A stretch of 64,000 nucleotides of DNA from an uncultured Polyangiaceae bacterium (GTDB taxonomy: Bacteria > Myxococcota_A > Polyangia > Polyangiales > Polyangiaceae), in contig CAZYKT010000001.1 of NCBI GenBank assembly GCA_964648165.1, positions 27,258 to 91,257 of the forward strand. Reading direction: 5' to 3'. The stretch's first letter is position 1. Each line of letters begins with the position of its first letter. Positions 27,036-38,390 of this stretch are shown here, piece after piece. The translations under genes were made by a program, and so were the position numbers. A model generated the notes under the pieces. That model saw only the letters and a list, made by a program, of their open reading frames with translations, was not told the DNA's origin and did not search any database.

Positions 27036-28865
27036 ATGGGCAAGGTTATCGGGATAGACCTCGGAACGACCAACTCCTGCGTGGCGGTCTTCGAGGGGAT
27101 GTCTGCCAGTGGACAACCGGAGATCCGCGTCGTCCCCAACGCCGAGGGGGCTCGCACCACTCCCTCGGTGGTTGCATTCACGGCGACCGGCGAGCGTCTG
27201 GTGGGCCAGGTTGCCAAGCGGCAATCAACCACCAACGCCGAGAACACCATCTTCGCCGTGAAGCGCCTGATGGGCAGGAAATTCTCGGACCAAAGCGTTT
27301 CGCGTGACGCCCGTAACGTCGGGTACCGGATCGTCGAGCACGAGAACGGGGACGCCTGGGTGCAAGTCAATGGCCGGGCCCTGTCGCCGCCGGAGGTGTC
27401 CAGTATCGTTCTCGGGGCACTCAAGACCACTGCCGAGCGCTTCCTGGGAGAACCGGTGAGCGAGGCCATTGTGACCGTTCCGGCCTATTTCGACGACGCC
27501 CAACGGCAGGCCACCAAGGATGCCGGTCGCATCGCGGGGATCGACGTCAAGCGAATCCTGAACGAGCCAACCGCGGCAGCGCTCGCCTATGGACTCGATG
27601 TCGCCAAGTCTGAGCTGGTAGCCGTGTACGATCTGGGGGGAGGCACCTTTGACATCTCGATCCTCCAGATGAGCGCGGGGGTCTTCAGTGTGCGTGCCAC
27701 GGGAGGTGATACGCACCTGGGGGGTGAGGATTTCGACGCCCGGATTGTCGCCAGCTTGGCCGACGAGTTTCACAAGCAACACAACGTCGACTTGCGTCGC
27801 GACCGAACCGCTCTGCAGCGGCTGCGCGAGGCAGCGGAACGAGCCAAGCACGAGCTTTCTTCCTCGCTGGAGACCGAAGTCAACATCCCCTTCATTGCCG
27901 TGGGACCGAGCGGCCCCGTGCACCTGCAGCGGACCATGAAACGAAGCGAGCTGGAGATCCTGACTCGCGATTTGGTTGACAGAACCGTGGAGGCGTGTCG
28001 GGCTACGCTGGCTGACGCCAAGCTGAAACCGGAACAGATCGATCAGGTCGTGTTGGTCGGCGGAATGACCCGCATGCCGGTGGTGCAGCGTGCGGTCAAG
28101 GAGCTGTTTGGTCGGGACCCCCACAAGGGCGTCAATCCGGACGAAGTCGTTGCGACCGGCGCCGCCATCCAAGGGGCAGCGCTGGCGGGCAGTATCGACG
28201 AAGTGCTGCTGTTGGACGTGACCCCGCTGTCCATCGGCGTCGAGACCGGCGGCGGGGTGTTCACGGCGCTCATCCCCAGAAACACCACCATCCCCACCGA
28301 GAAGTCGGAGATCTTCACTACCAGCGTGGACAATCAGAACTTCGTTCCCATCCACGTGCTGCAAGGGGAACGCGAGATGGCTGCCGACAACCGGAGCCTG
28401 GCCCGATTCGAGCTGACCAAGCTCCCACCCGCACCCCGCGGCGTGCCCAAGATTCAGGTCAAGTTCCGGATCGATGCCAACGGCATCCTGTCAGTGGAGG
28501 CGAAGGATCTGGGCACCCAACACACTCAGGCCATCGAGATCACTCCGACCAGCGGGCTCACCCAGGCGGAGGTGGATCGGCTGGTCTCTGAAGGGGACCG
28601 GTTCAAGGAAGCCGACCAGGTCCGTCGCGAGCTGGCGGAATTGCGCAATCAGGCCGAGACGCTCATCTACACGACCCAACAGGCCCTGGACAGCTTCGCG
28701 GATCTCCTCCCCCAGGACAAGGTGAGCGGCATGCGGCAGAACCTGGCCGCGCTGCGGGCCCTGCTGGACGGTAACCCAGACACTGAGACGTTGCGCAACG
28801 CCTATTCGGCTCTGGAACACGACACCTTCGAGATCGCCGAAGCGATGTACGGTGGCGCCACATAG
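27036..28865 (+). CDS. dnaK: Hsp70 chaperone DnaK
   Basis: [32 protein letters not shown] and [18 protein letters not shown] lies 7 nt upstream of the ATG. Confidence 0.97.
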   Translation: MGKVIGIDLGTTNSCVAVFEGMSASGQPEIRVVPNAEGARTTPSVVAFTATGERLVGQVAKRQSTTNAENTIFAVKRLMGRKFSDQSVSRDARNVGYRIVEHENGDAWVQVNGRALSPPEVSSIVLGALKTTAERFLGEPVSEAIVTVPAYFDDAQRQATKDAGRIAGIDVKRILNEPTAAALAYGLDVAKSELVAVYDLGGGTFDISILQMSAGVFSVRATGGDTHLGGEDFDARIVASLADEFHKQHNVDLRRDRTALQRLREAAERAKHELSSSLETEVNIPFIAVGPSGPVHLQRTMKRSELEILTRDLVDRTVEACRATLADAKLKPEQIDQVVLVGGMTRMPVVQRAVKELFGRDPHKGVNPDEVVATGAAIQGAALAGSIDEVLLLDVTPLSIGVETGGGVFTALIPRNTTIPTEKSEIFTTSVDNQNFVPIHVLQGEREMAADNRSLARFELTKLPPAPRGVPKIQVKFRIDANGILSVEAKDLGTQHTQAIEITPTSGLTQAEVDRLVSEGDRFKEADQVRRELAELRNQAETLIYTTQQALDSFADLLPQDKVSGMRQNLAALRALLDGNPDTETLRNAYSALEHDTFEIAEAMYGGAT

Positions 28866-28893
28866 GCGCCGAGCCACGGCTGGGAGGGCCTGC

Positions 28894-30363
<1,470 letters not shown>

Positions 30364-30412
30364 GCATCTTCAGGGATGAGAAATGGGCCCTGGGGAGCGA
30401 AGCTCCCCCATG

Positions 30413-30434
30413 ATGTCCACAGCGCTGTGGAGAT
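30413..30434. promoter_or_regulatory. Inverted pair of DnaA-box-like 9-mers (probable dnaA autoregulatory site)
   Basis: ATGTCCACA (30413..30421) and TGTGGAGAT (30426..30434) flank the perfect 14-bp palindrome CCACAGCGCTGTGG (30417..30430), 50-70 nt upstream of the dnaA start. The first 9-mer matches the high-GC DnaA box consensus TTGTCCACA at 8 of 9 positions. Confidence 0.4.
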
Positions 30435-30983
30435 TCTGGGGAATGGAATTTGGGGAACCAGAAAGCCATCTTGCCTCTATCTGAGCGCGAGGAGAAAATC
30501 TCCTGCAGCATGGACCAGCGCTGCCTCCATCTGCCCGACCGACTGGTCGCGCCCATCAATGAACTCTCCGAATTCAACCCAGAGTCACCACGACGGTCCG
30601 GTCCCGTCAAGCAGGGGTGGGGCTAGCACCGGCTCGAGTGGAAGTTCAATCCTTGACATGCACTTGTTCCATCGAGCCCGAAAAAGAAGCTTGGGCGTTG
30701 GGCCCAGTTCGCAGCGCCGACCAGTGTCGAGCGGGCAGAGCTCCACGCTGGGTCGAAGCAAGGTTAAGGATGCCGTCCTCGGTGGCCGAATCGAAGAATC
30801 AGACTTTTGTCGCATCGATTGCCACCGATCCAGACGTCAAGGGGCAACGTTGGAATCAATCATCTGGCAATCGAGCGGGGCGCAGGTTGACCGGCCTCGG
30901 GGCCACGCGCTAATAGGTCGCGACACCCAATGCGTGCCCGCCCCGAGCTCTCGCCGAACCCCTCCACATCTCGCCATGCGGCC

Positions 30984-31946
30984 ATGGTTGTCGGTGTGTT
31001 GAGCCGATGTGCCCCTCTGGTGTTGTTGTCACCATCTCTGGTATGGGCTGCTGCGAGTGACCTCCCGCCCGAGGTGGGATGGGACTACGGCGTGATCCAG
31101 ACGGGACGCGCTGCAGCGCTGTCGGGTGCTGACTTGGCGCAGTCGAGTTCGGTGGGAGCGATGTTTTCGAATCCTGCCAACATGGCGGCCAGTCGTGTCT
31201 ATCACGTTGGCGCGCTGGCATCGATCTGGCCGGAGGCCTCGCGGCAGACCTATGCGGCCGCGGTCGTCGATTCGAGTACCAGCAGCACCAGCCTTGCTGG
31301 GGGATTGGCGGCTGCCTGGACCATTCAGGATCCGGATGGCATCAGCCGACGGGGCTCCGATCTGCGGCTGGGGTTGGCATTCCCATTCTCCCAGCAGTTT
31401 CGCATGGGAATGGCCATGCGCTATCTGGCCTTTCGCCAACAAGGGGAAGGACCCTTGGGACCAAGCCTGGCCTCCGGTGGACTGGATGGCGACTCCATCA
31501 TTCGCGGGTTCGGCGTGGATGCGGGGGTTACGCTGCAGCCCAACCGCAATCTGGCCCTCTCTCTGGTTGGTTTGAATCTGAACTCACCGGGACACGGCTT
31601 CCAGCCGACCTGGGTGGGGGGCGGGGTCGGTTTTGGTAATGATCAGTTCACCGTGGAAGGGAACGTCATCTCCGATTTCACGACCTGGGATGAGACCAGC
31701 ATGCTGGCCATGTTGGGGGGCGAGTTGTTGGTGTCGGACACCTTCCCACTTCGTGCCGGCTATCGCTACGACCAGGGAGCGGAGAGCCACGGCATCAGTG
31801 GCGGAGTCGGCTACATCGACCGCAGCGTTTCCCTGGAGCTGGGCGTCAGGAGGACCGTCGTCGGGCCCGGCGCCACCGCCATCGTGCTGAGCTTCTCGTA
31901 CCACGTGGAGTCAGCCGGTCTCAGCGAGTCGGGAGATCTCTACTAG
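30984..31946 (+). CDS. Outer-membrane beta-barrel protein (PorV/TraF-like, tentative)
   Basis: Signal peptide MVVGVLSRCAPLVLLSPSLVWA. The block GADLAQSSSVGAMFSNPANMA resembles the N-terminal NPA-type motif of this barrel family. Amphipathic strands alternate throughout and the C-terminus is aromatic (GDLY). Confidence 0.55.
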   Translation: MVVGVLSRCAPLVLLSPSLVWAAASDLPPEVGWDYGVIQTGRAAALSGADLAQSSSVGAMFSNPANMAASRVYHVGALASIWPEASRQTYAAAVVDSSTSSTSLAGGLAAAWTIQDPDGISRRGSDLRLGLAFPFSQQFRMGMAMRYLAFRQQGEGPLGPSLASGGLDGDSIIRGFGVDAGVTLQPNRNLALSLVGLNLNSPGHGFQPTWVGGGVGFGNDQFTVEGNVISDFTTWDETSMLAMLGGELLVSDTFPLRAGYRYDQGAESHGISGGVGYIDRSVSLELGVRRTVVGPGATAIVLSFSYHVESAGLSESGDLY

Positions 31947-31967
31947 CCCTGGCTTTGCCGAGGAGCT

Positions 31968-33293
31968 TCAGGTGAGAGCGGCGCAGAAGCGCTGCTCCAG
32001 ATCGGTCGCGCCCCGGAGGACCTCAGCCTTATCGACACGGGGACTTGGGATCTGATTGGTCTTTTCGCGCAGCGCCTGAATCCCCCTGGGATTGCGGAAC
32101 CAGTCCTCGTCGAATCGATAGGTCAGATCCACAAGCCATGATTCGGCGAGAAGCCAACCGAGCAGTCGCTGGCCGGTGTCCTGGTGGATGCGGGGCAAGA
32201 ACCCGGCCGCCGCCGCGCCCCAAGACTGGTGGATCGCCTGCCGAGACCGATCCTCGTAGTCCGACAGCAGGGCCGTTCGCCCCTGAGCCAATCGACAACG
32301 CAGACCAGCGGTGAGTGCCGCCATCCGCACCGCGATGAGCCGGGAGATCAGCAACTCCCGAGCGTAGCTTTTTGCAGCGTCCCAGCCCAAGCCACATACT
32401 TTGCGCTGCCAGCTGGGAAGGGTGGGTAGGGCTGCGAACAGGCTGCCCAGGATGCAGGGCCGAAGCCCATATGGATCACAGGCCAGCACGAAGGGGCCTG
32501 ATCTGGCCGAGTTGCTCCTGTCCCACGCCGCGCCCAGGTACCACAGAGCGCGAACGAAGCTGGCGGGATTCAGGGCACTAGGCAAAGGTCCCGGTTCGAG
32601 GAGCAGCCCCTGGGTCCATTCGGGGCTACCCAGTAGAGGGAACAGGGTGCGGGTGTTGAGATGGGCCGGCCAGACCGCTTCGGTGGAGGTCGCCAGCGCT
32701 GCCAGCCACCATTCAGACTCATCGAAGGGAACGAAATGGTCGGCCAACACCTGGGTGGTTTGCAGGGTGACAGCCGCGGCCCCGTCGAGATCATCGGTGG
32801 GGAACTCGACGCTCTCGAGATGATCGAAGCCGGCGCGTCGTGCCAGTTCGCGCCGACGTTCCCAGAGCTCGAAGAGGCACTCGGCCAGTGGCTCCACGCG
32901 GTCCAGGAATGCTCGACGCATGGCCGCTCCCAGGGGGGAAGGCGCAAGACCCCGGTTGAATGCCTGGGCCAGGCTGAGGCGGTCGGGCTCCAGCCCTGCC
33001 CCGTCGAAATGTGTGAACCGATAGTGACGAGTCAGTTCCGAAAGGAGCCGGGAGTTGACGTACAGCTCCGTGGTGCGGAACATCCAACGCAAGGTCGCGT
33101 CGCGGTACGCCTCGTGACCCGCCAGACCACGAACATGGGCGAATCCTTCCCGGGTGGTTAGCCACGGACGGTCGAGGAAAGGACTGTCGCCCGATGGGGG
33201 ATCCGTCCGAAGGGACACGACGTAGCGACGTCCTTCGCCGGCCAGCTCGGCGAGCCGTTGACTGGTCTGATCCAGACTCTGATACTCGACCAT
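31968..33293 (-). CDS. Hypothetical cytoplasmic protein (441 aa)
   Basis: Protein-like ORF with no signal peptide. It starts 3 nt after the stop of the upstream barrel-like gene. No catalytic motif was recognised and no HExxH is present. Confidence 0.6.
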   Translation of the reverse strand: MVEYQSLDQTSQRLAELAGEGRRYVVSLRTDPPSGDSPFLDRPWLTTREGFAHVRGLAGHEAYRDATLRWMFRTTELYVNSRLLSELTRHYRFTHFDGAGLEPDRLSLAQAFNRGLAPSPLGAAMRRAFLDRVEPLAECLFELWERRRELARRAGFDHLESVEFPTDDLDGAAAVTLQTTQVLADHFVPFDESEWWLAALATSTEAVWPAHLNTRTLFPLLGSPEWTQGLLLEPGPLPSALNPASFVRALWYLGAAWDRSNSARSGPFVLACDPYGLRPCILGSLFAALPTLPSWQRKVCGLGWDAAKSYARELLISRLIAVRMAALTAGLRCRLAQGRTALLSDYEDRSRQAIHQSWGAAAAGFLPRIHQDTGQRLLGWLLAESWLVDLTYRFDEDWFRNPRGIQALREKTNQIPSPRVDKAEVLRGATDLEQRFCAALT

Positions 33294-33296
33294 GCC

Positions 33297-34118
33297 CTAG
33301 TGCTCTGCCCCCAAAAGGATGGTCAGTCTTGCGCCAAGCGAGACCGTCGCGTGGAGGCTACCATGCGCAGACGGGGCCACCCCTTCACAATCAACCCCCG
33401 AAGCAGACGGGCATCTCTGGACGGTTTTCATGAAGCCATGTAGGTAGGACAAATGGGGCCCCAAGCGCAACTGCTTGCCAACATAGAAGTCATAGCCGGC
33501 TCCCATCGCCAGCGAAAATCCGACACCGGCTTCCTTTGCCTGACGCCCATCCTGTTCGCGGGCAGTTGTCTGGAATCGGGCCTCGCCGACGCCCAGTTCG
33601 ATGTACGGCTCGGACGATCCCTCCTCGAGAAAGTAGACCCGGCTCGTGAAAAGTGCCCAGGCAGCCTCGCCGTGCAGCCGACGGAATGAAGCGTGCCGGT
33701 TGGAACCACCATCCAAGGCGGCAGCCGCCAACCACAGGCCGAATGCCACAAAAGGATAGGGACGCCACAGCCCGATTGCCCCGAGAGAGCCCCCCACTCT
33801 CAGCGCGGCGCAGCGGTCATCAGCGGCCATCGCCTCGTCGCATCGAGGCAGAATTGCGGCAAGTTCCGGGACGATCTCGACCGTGCGGCGCGGGCGCGCA
33901 GGCCGGGGGGGGAGGGGTAGCGGGGTGGGTTGCGCAGCCACGGGGGCCGGCGGTCGGTGATTCCGCCCGTCCCAACTGGAATAGGGGACCGAATCGGCCG
34001 TTTCCCCGGCCATGGCCGCCTCGGGTTCGGCCAACAGGAAAAAGCAGATGGCGATGGCGAGAGGCAGGGTGGAAAAGCGGCCAGTTTGGAGCAGGGGGAG
34101 CACAAGGGAATGGGCCAT
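33297..34118 (-). CDS. Exported protein with a C-terminal outer-membrane beta-barrel-like region
   Basis: Signal-like N-terminus (FSTLPLAIAICFFLLAEPEAAMA), a Pro-rich spacer, then strand-like repeats (GFSLAMGAGYDFYVGKQLRLGPHLSYLH, SLHATVSLGARLTILLGAEH). Confidence 0.5.
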   Translation of the reverse strand: MAHSLVLPLLQTGRFSTLPLAIAICFFLLAEPEAAMAGETADSVPYSSWDGRNHRPPAPVAAQPTPLPLPPRPARPRRTVEIVPELAAILPRCDEAMAADDRCAALRVGGSLGAIGLWRPYPFVAFGLWLAAAALDGGSNRHASFRRLHGEAAWALFTSRVYFLEEGSSEPYIELGVGEARFQTTAREQDGRQAKEAGVGFSLAMGAGYDFYVGKQLRLGPHLSYLHGFMKTVQRCPSASGVDCEGVAPSAHGSLHATVSLGARLTILLGAEH

Positions 34119-34300
34119 GGTGCGGTTGCTCCCTCATCGGTCGGGCGGCACCGCAGTTGACGGGTAAAGGAACCCACGAGAAGGGACGAGCCCCCGTACG
34201 CGGGCCGTCGTCAAGGATCGTTGCGGTCAATCCACCCCACCGGGCGCGCTCGCGGAGGTGAGGATTCCGCAATGTCGGACATTGACGCCAGGGCTGGGCG

Positions 34301-34951
34301 GTGGATCTCTTCAGTCGCGCAGACTACGCTGACGAACGGATGAGTCGCATCGACGAAGAATTGGCACGGGCGCTGGCCACTCCCTCGCCCCCCTCGACTG
34401 GTTTGCCCAGTACCGATGGTTCGCACCATCCACCGGTGCAGGAACCGGCCGTCAGGGACGCGACCCCCTCCCGCGTGACGGCCGCCAGGCGCCCCATTGG
34501 ACTCTTGGTCGGTTTGGTGGTGGTGGTGGTGGCCATCTCGACGCTAATTCTCACCGGAATGAAAGAGGCCGCGGTGTACAGCAAGGGCGTCGATGAACTG
34601 ATCCGAGAGCGGGCGCGCATCGGTTCACGCCCGGTCCGAGTGTTGGGAATCCTGGTGCCGGGTTCCCTGCGCCGAAGGGACGATCCTTGCGAGTATCGCT
34701 TTCGTCTGCGTCGGGGCGATGCGATTCTCGACGTGCACTATCCAGAATGCCTCCTGCCCGACACCTTCAGGGACGTGCCCGGGGTGACGGTGGAGGCAAC
34801 CGTGGAAGGTCGACTGACTCCGGAGGGTTACCTCGCCGCCTACCAGATCATGGCCAAGTGCCCCTCCAAGTACGACATGAAGGAGAGGCAGTCGGAGGGC
34901 ACGAGTGCTCCTCACCTGACCGAGACTGCCGGTCCGAGCGGCAACCCGTGA
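34301..34951 (+). CDS. ccmE: Cytochrome c heme chaperone CcmE, Cys (CxxxY) variant, with a long N-terminal extension
   Basis: By-eye alignment to E. coli CcmE: PVRVLGILVPGSLRRR vs RLRVGGMVMPGSVQRD, LLPDTFRDVPGVTVEATVEGRL vs ILPDLFREGQGVVVQGEL, and IMAKCPSKY vs VLAKHDENY (His replaced by Cys, Tyr kept). A single TM helix (IGLLVGLVVVVVAISTLILTG) is preceded by about 70 cytoplasmic residues. GTG start at 34301, with an alternative ATG at 34340. Confidence 0.75.
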   Translation: MDLFSRADYADERMSRIDEELARALATPSPPSTGLPSTDGSHHPPVQEPAVRDATPSRVTAARRPIGLLVGLVVVVVAISTLILTGMKEAAVYSKGVDELIRERARIGSRPVRVLGILVPGSLRRRDDPCEYRFRLRRGDAILDVHYPECLLPDTFRDVPGVTVEATVEGRLTPEGYLAAYQIMAKCPSKYDMKERQSEGTSAPHLTETAGPSGNP

Positions 34952-34966
34952 CTCGAAAGGGAGATC

Positions 34967-35995
34967 ATGTGGGATCGTTTCTTGCAGGCCTGCCGGGGTG
35001 AGCCCGTGGACACCACTCCAGTGTGGTTCATGCGTCAGGCAGGACGCTATCTACCGGAGTATCGCCGCTTGCGAGAGCGGTACTCGTTGCTGGAGCTATG
35101 TCGCACCCCGGAGCTGGCCGTGGAGGTCACGCTGCAACCGGTGCGGAGGTTGGGAGTCGACGCTGCCATTCTGTTCGCGGATCTGCTGTTGCCGCTCGAA
35201 CCGATGGGCGCTCCCTTTGAATTCCAAGTCGGGGAAGGCCCAGTGGTCCATTCACCGGTCCGGACTGCAGCCGACGTAGAGCGACTGCGCGTCTTCGACA
35301 TCGAAGAAGGCCTGAGCTTCACCCTTGAGTCCATTCGTTGTTTGCGCCAGGAGCTCGATGGGAAGACGCCCCTGATTGGATTCGCCGGGGCGCCATTCAC
35401 CCTGGCCAGCTACCTGGTCGAAGGGCAAAGGAGTCCGAACCATCAGCACACCAAGCAGCTCATGTACACGGCTCCCGAGGTCTGGCACGCCTTGGCGAGC
35501 AAGTTGGCGGAGGTGGTGCGCTGTTTCTTGTTGGCTCAAGTGCAGGCTGGTGTCCAAGCCGTTCAGCTCTTCGATTCCTGGGTTGGTGCCCTGTGCCCCG
35601 CTGATTACGAACGGTTCGTGGAACCGTACTCAAGGGCGATCTTGCGGGGCGTCGAGGCCAGTGGAGTTCCGATCGTCCATTTTGCGACTGGCAATCATTC
35701 CTTGCTCGGGTTGCAGCGGCGAGCTGGTGGAACGGTCATGGGAGTCGACTGGCGCACTCCCCTTGGGCAGGCAGCCCAGCTGTTTGGTGCCCCGGTGCCG
35801 TTGCAGGGGAACCTCGATCCGGTCCTGCTGTTCGCCCCGCGCCAGTTTCTGGAGCCGCGCTTGGAAGGGATCGTGCGCGAGGGGAGGGGCCTATCGGGTC
35901 ACGTTTTCAACCTGGGTCACGGAGTCTTGCCCCAGACGGATCCCGACGCGGTTCGTTGGGTGGTGGAGCGCGTCCACGAACTGGGAGAGCGATGA
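34967..35995 (+). CDS. hemE: Uroporphyrinogen decarboxylase
   Basis: PVWFMRQAGRYLPEYRRLRE, ILFADLL and the C-terminal FNLGHGVLPQTDP. Confidence 0.93.
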   Translation: MWDRFLQACRGEPVDTTPVWFMRQAGRYLPEYRRLRERYSLLELCRTPELAVEVTLQPVRRLGVDAAILFADLLLPLEPMGAPFEFQVGEGPVVHSPVRTAADVERLRVFDIEEGLSFTLESIRCLRQELDGKTPLIGFAGAPFTLASYLVEGQRSPNHQHTKQLMYTAPEVWHALASKLAEVVRCFLLAQVQAGVQAVQLFDSWVGALCPADYERFVEPYSRAILRGVEASGVPIVHFATGNHSLLGLQRRAGGTVMGVDWRTPLGQAAQLFGAPVPLQGNLDPVLLFAPRQFLEPRLEGIVREGRGLSGHVFNLGHGVLPQTDPDAVRWVVERVHELGER

Positions 35996-37473
35996 AGGGT
36001 CGGCCTTTGCCGCGGATCTTGGTGGCGGGGGGAGGGATCACCGGTCTGGCCGCGGCCTATCAGGTTCACTGCCTGCGCCCTGACGCCCAGTTGCTGCTTG
36101 CCGAACCTCGCCAACGACTGGGTGGCAACATCCAGACCGAGAACAGGGACGGCTTCTTGCTGGACGGAGGCCCGGATTCGTTCTTGAGCACCAAGCCTGC
36201 AGCTGCTGAGCTGTGCCGAGAACTGGGCTTGGCGGACCAGCTGATCACGCCCGAGCCCGGCGCCTCGCTGGTCTACGTGGCCAAGCGCGGGAACCTGGTG
36301 CCGCTGCCGGCAGGGATGGTTCTGGCCGTACCGACCCGTCTCGGGCCCATGCTCCGCACGCCGCTGTTGCCCTGGTTCGCCAAGCTGAGAATCCTGGGAG
36401 ATCTGCTGGTGTCACCCGACACCGAGCACAACGCCGACGAGACCGTGGCGGCTTTCCTCCTTCGCCATTTCGGGCGAACCGCAACCGATGACCTGGCGGG
36501 CCCGCTGTTGGCGGGGATCTTTGCCGGTGATATCGACGAACTCTCGATCGGTGCCACCTTCCCGCAGCTTGTCGAGATCGAGCGGCGCCACGGCAGCCTG
36601 ATCCGTGGATGGTTCTTCCGGGAACAGACGCGGATGCGCTCCGCCGAGCACCATCGGCAAACCGAGAGCAGTGCGGCTGGTGATCTTGCCATGCTCTGGG
36701 GGTTCTGGCGGTGGATTCGGCGCGAGGCAGGGGTTGGAGCCAGTCCCTTCCTTTCGCTTGGGCGCGGCATGGGGAGCCTGGTGGAGGCCTTGGTGCAGAG
36801 GATTCCGCCCAGCTGTCTTCGTCTCGGCACGGCCGTGGAACGACTTGTTCCGACCCAAGACTCCGCATGGCGCGCATTCCTGTCGGACGGAACCAACGCC
36901 GAGTTCGACTCGATCATCCTGTCTACCCCAGCCCACGTGGCGGCGCGCCTGGTCCCGGATCGAGTGCTTGCCGAGACGCTCGCGGAGATCCCGTACGTCT
37001 CGACGGCGACCGTATTCTTCGCCTTCGATCCACCGAGTGTGTCACGCGACCTGGTGGGAGCTGGATTTTTCGTGCCTCGACGAGAGGGTCAGCTCTTGGC
37101 CTGTACGTGGATTTCCTCCAAGTGGGCGGGGCGCGCTCCCCAGGGCAAGATCCTGGTCCGCGCCTTTCTGGGGGGGGCTCGCGATCCGGAGCGAGTGAAA
37201 CAGGCTGGCGAGCAGGAGCTTGCCGCCCTGGCCCACCGCGAGCTGTCGCGTCTCATGGGCCCCCTGGGGGAGCCCCGGTTCGAGCGCGTCTTTCGATGGA
37301 TCGACTCCAACCCACAGCCGGTGGTAGGGCATCTCGGCCGGATGGATCGGATCGCCGCGCAACTGAGGGGTCAGCCGAGGCTTCACCTGGCCGGGTCGGC
37401 CTACGGGGTGGGCATTTCCGATTGCATTAGGCAGGGAAGGGCAGCGGCGCGGGCGGCTCTGGGTCTGACCTGA
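35992..37473 (+). CDS. hemY: FAD-dependent protoporphyrinogen/coproporphyrinogen oxidase (HemY type)
   Basis: RILVAGGGITGLAAAY (FAD fold), GGNIQT, GPDSFL and the C-terminal LHLAGSAYGVGISDCIRQG. The ATG at 35992 overlaps the hemE stop (ATGA). Confidence 0.85.
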   Translation: MKGRPLPRILVAGGGITGLAAAYQVHCLRPDAQLLLAEPRQRLGGNIQTENRDGFLLDGGPDSFLSTKPAAAELCRELGLADQLITPEPGASLVYVAKRGNLVPLPAGMVLAVPTRLGPMLRTPLLPWFAKLRILGDLLVSPDTEHNADETVAAFLLRHFGRTATDDLAGPLLAGIFAGDIDELSIGATFPQLVEIERRHGSLIRGWFFREQTRMRSAEHHRQTESSAAGDLAMLWGFWRWIRREAGVGASPFLSLGRGMGSLVEALVQRIPPSCLRLGTAVERLVPTQDSAWRAFLSDGTNAEFDSIILSTPAHVAARLVPDRVLAETLAEIPYVSTATVFFAFDPPSVSRDLVGAGFFVPRREGQLLACTWISSKWAGRAPQGKILVRAFLGGARDPERVKQAGEQELAALAHRELSRLMGPLGEPRFERVFRWIDSNPQPVVGHLGRMDRIAAQLRGQPRLHLAGSAYGVGISDCIRQGRAAARAALGLT

Positions 37474-37583
37474 GCCGGTCCCAATCCGGCCGACCAGCGT
37501 GAGGCCCCGACCGCGATCCCCCAGCGCCAGTCAGTGCGGATTTGCCACCCGCGACCCGCGCTTTGCTAAGCTCCGCCCTCTTC

Positions 37584-37654
37584 TCCGGCGTCGTCTAAAG
37601 GCAGGACAAGGGACTTTGGATCCCTGAATCATGGTTCGAATCCATGCGCCGGAA
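37584..37654 (+). tRNA. tRNA-Gln (anticodon UUG)
   Basis: Cloverleaf folded by hand. The acceptor TCCGGCG/CGCCGGA has 7 perfect pairs. The D arm is GTC(T)/(G)GAC with an AAAGGCA loop. The anticodon stem is AGGGA/TCCCT with loop CT-TTG-GA. The variable loop is GAAT. The T arm is CATGG-TTCGAAT-CCATG and the discriminator is A. CCA is not fully encoded (CCG). Confidence 0.85.
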
Positions 37655-37666
37655 CCGAGGGGGTCG

Positions 37667-37694
37667 GGAACTGGCGCTCTGCGGAGTTGTCCGA
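37667..37694 (+). promoter_or_regulatory. ECF-type promoter candidate upstream of the ECF sigma gene
   Basis: GGAAC (37667..37671), a 17-nt spacer, then GTCCGA (37689..37694). This fits the general ECF GGAAC-N16/17-(C)GTC pattern, about 90 nt upstream of the GTG start at 37782. Confidence 0.3.
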
Positions 37695-37781
37695 TCCAAC
37701 ACGACGAGCCGACCGCGCCCCGGGTTACCGCCGATTGGGTGGTGAGGGACTTCTGCCCGAGGAGCGCGGTACTCTCATCCC

Positions 37782-38390
37782 GTGGCTTTGGAAGATACCA
37801 CCTCCGAGTTGCGTTTCGTGGAGCGCCTCCAGCAGCGCGACGAGCGTGCCTTCAACGAGTTGGTCGAAGCCTACGGTGATCGCATCTATCGGTTGGTCTT
37901 CCGGATACTGGGACGACGGGCTGAGGCCGAGGACATGGCACAAGAGGTCTTCGTCCAGGTCTTCAAGGCGATCGATCAGTTTCGTGGTGAGTCCAAACTG
38001 GGAACCTGGATCTATCGGATTGCCATCAACCTCTGCAAGAACCGCTCCAAGTACCTTTCGCGTCGCCACGACGAGTCCCAGGATGCCTACGATGCGGTCG
38101 CTGAGCACGAGGCACTGCGCCAGGATCCGAGGTGCACTCCTGGTGACGCGGGGCGCCCCGATCAAATGGTTGAAGGGTTGCAGGTCGAACGGATCATTCG
38201 GCGGTGCATCAGGGCGCTGGAACCCGACTTCCGTGAGGCCCTCATCCTCAGGGACATCGAGAACCTTGCCTACGAGGAGATCTGCGAGATTACTGGTCTT
38301 CCCGAGGGGACCGTCAAGAGCCGTATCCATCGGGCTCGGGTCCTGCTCAAGCAGCGTGTCGAAGAGGAACTCGGAGAGCGAATCCCATGA
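37782..38390 (+). CDS. ECF (sigma-70 group IV) RNA polymerase sigma factor
   Basis: Region 2: FNELVEAYGDRIYRLVFRILGRRAEAEDMAQEVFVQVFKAIDQFRGESKLGTWIYRIAINLCKNR. Region 4: FREALILRDIENLAYEEICEITGLPEGTVKSRIHRAR. Confidence 0.9.
   Translation: MALEDTTSELRFVERLQQRDERAFNELVEAYGDRIYRLVFRILGRRAEAEDMAQEVFVQVFKAIDQFRGESKLGTWIYRIAINLCKNRSKYLSRRHDESQDAYDAVAEHEALRQDPRCTPGDAGRPDQMVEGLQVERIIRRCIRALEPDFREALILRDIENLAYEEICEITGLPEGTVKSRIHRARVLLKQRVEEELGERIP

Noticed and set aside
27225-28364. 379-aa minus-strand ORF. Similar long antisense ORFs lie at 51728..52942 and 47799..49016.
   Set aside because: These are antisense to dnaK, uvrD and the large kinase respectively, all of which have unambiguous motifs. 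They are high-GC frame artefacts.
28866-28893. A bidirectional terminator between dnaK and dnaA
   Set aside because: Only a weak imperfect stem (CCGAGCC-ACG-GCTGGG) with no T-tract on either strand. The support is insufficient.
30364-30983. Calling this gap oriC
   Set aside because: I found only two DnaA-box-like 9-mers, as one palindrome. There is no box cluster and no clear 13-mer-type DUE repeats. I report it as an autoregulatory site and an open question instead.
37631-37879. 82-aa ORF starting inside the tRNA
   Set aside because: It overlaps the T-arm of a well-folding tRNA-Gln and the ECF sigma 5' region. Its composition is not protein-like.
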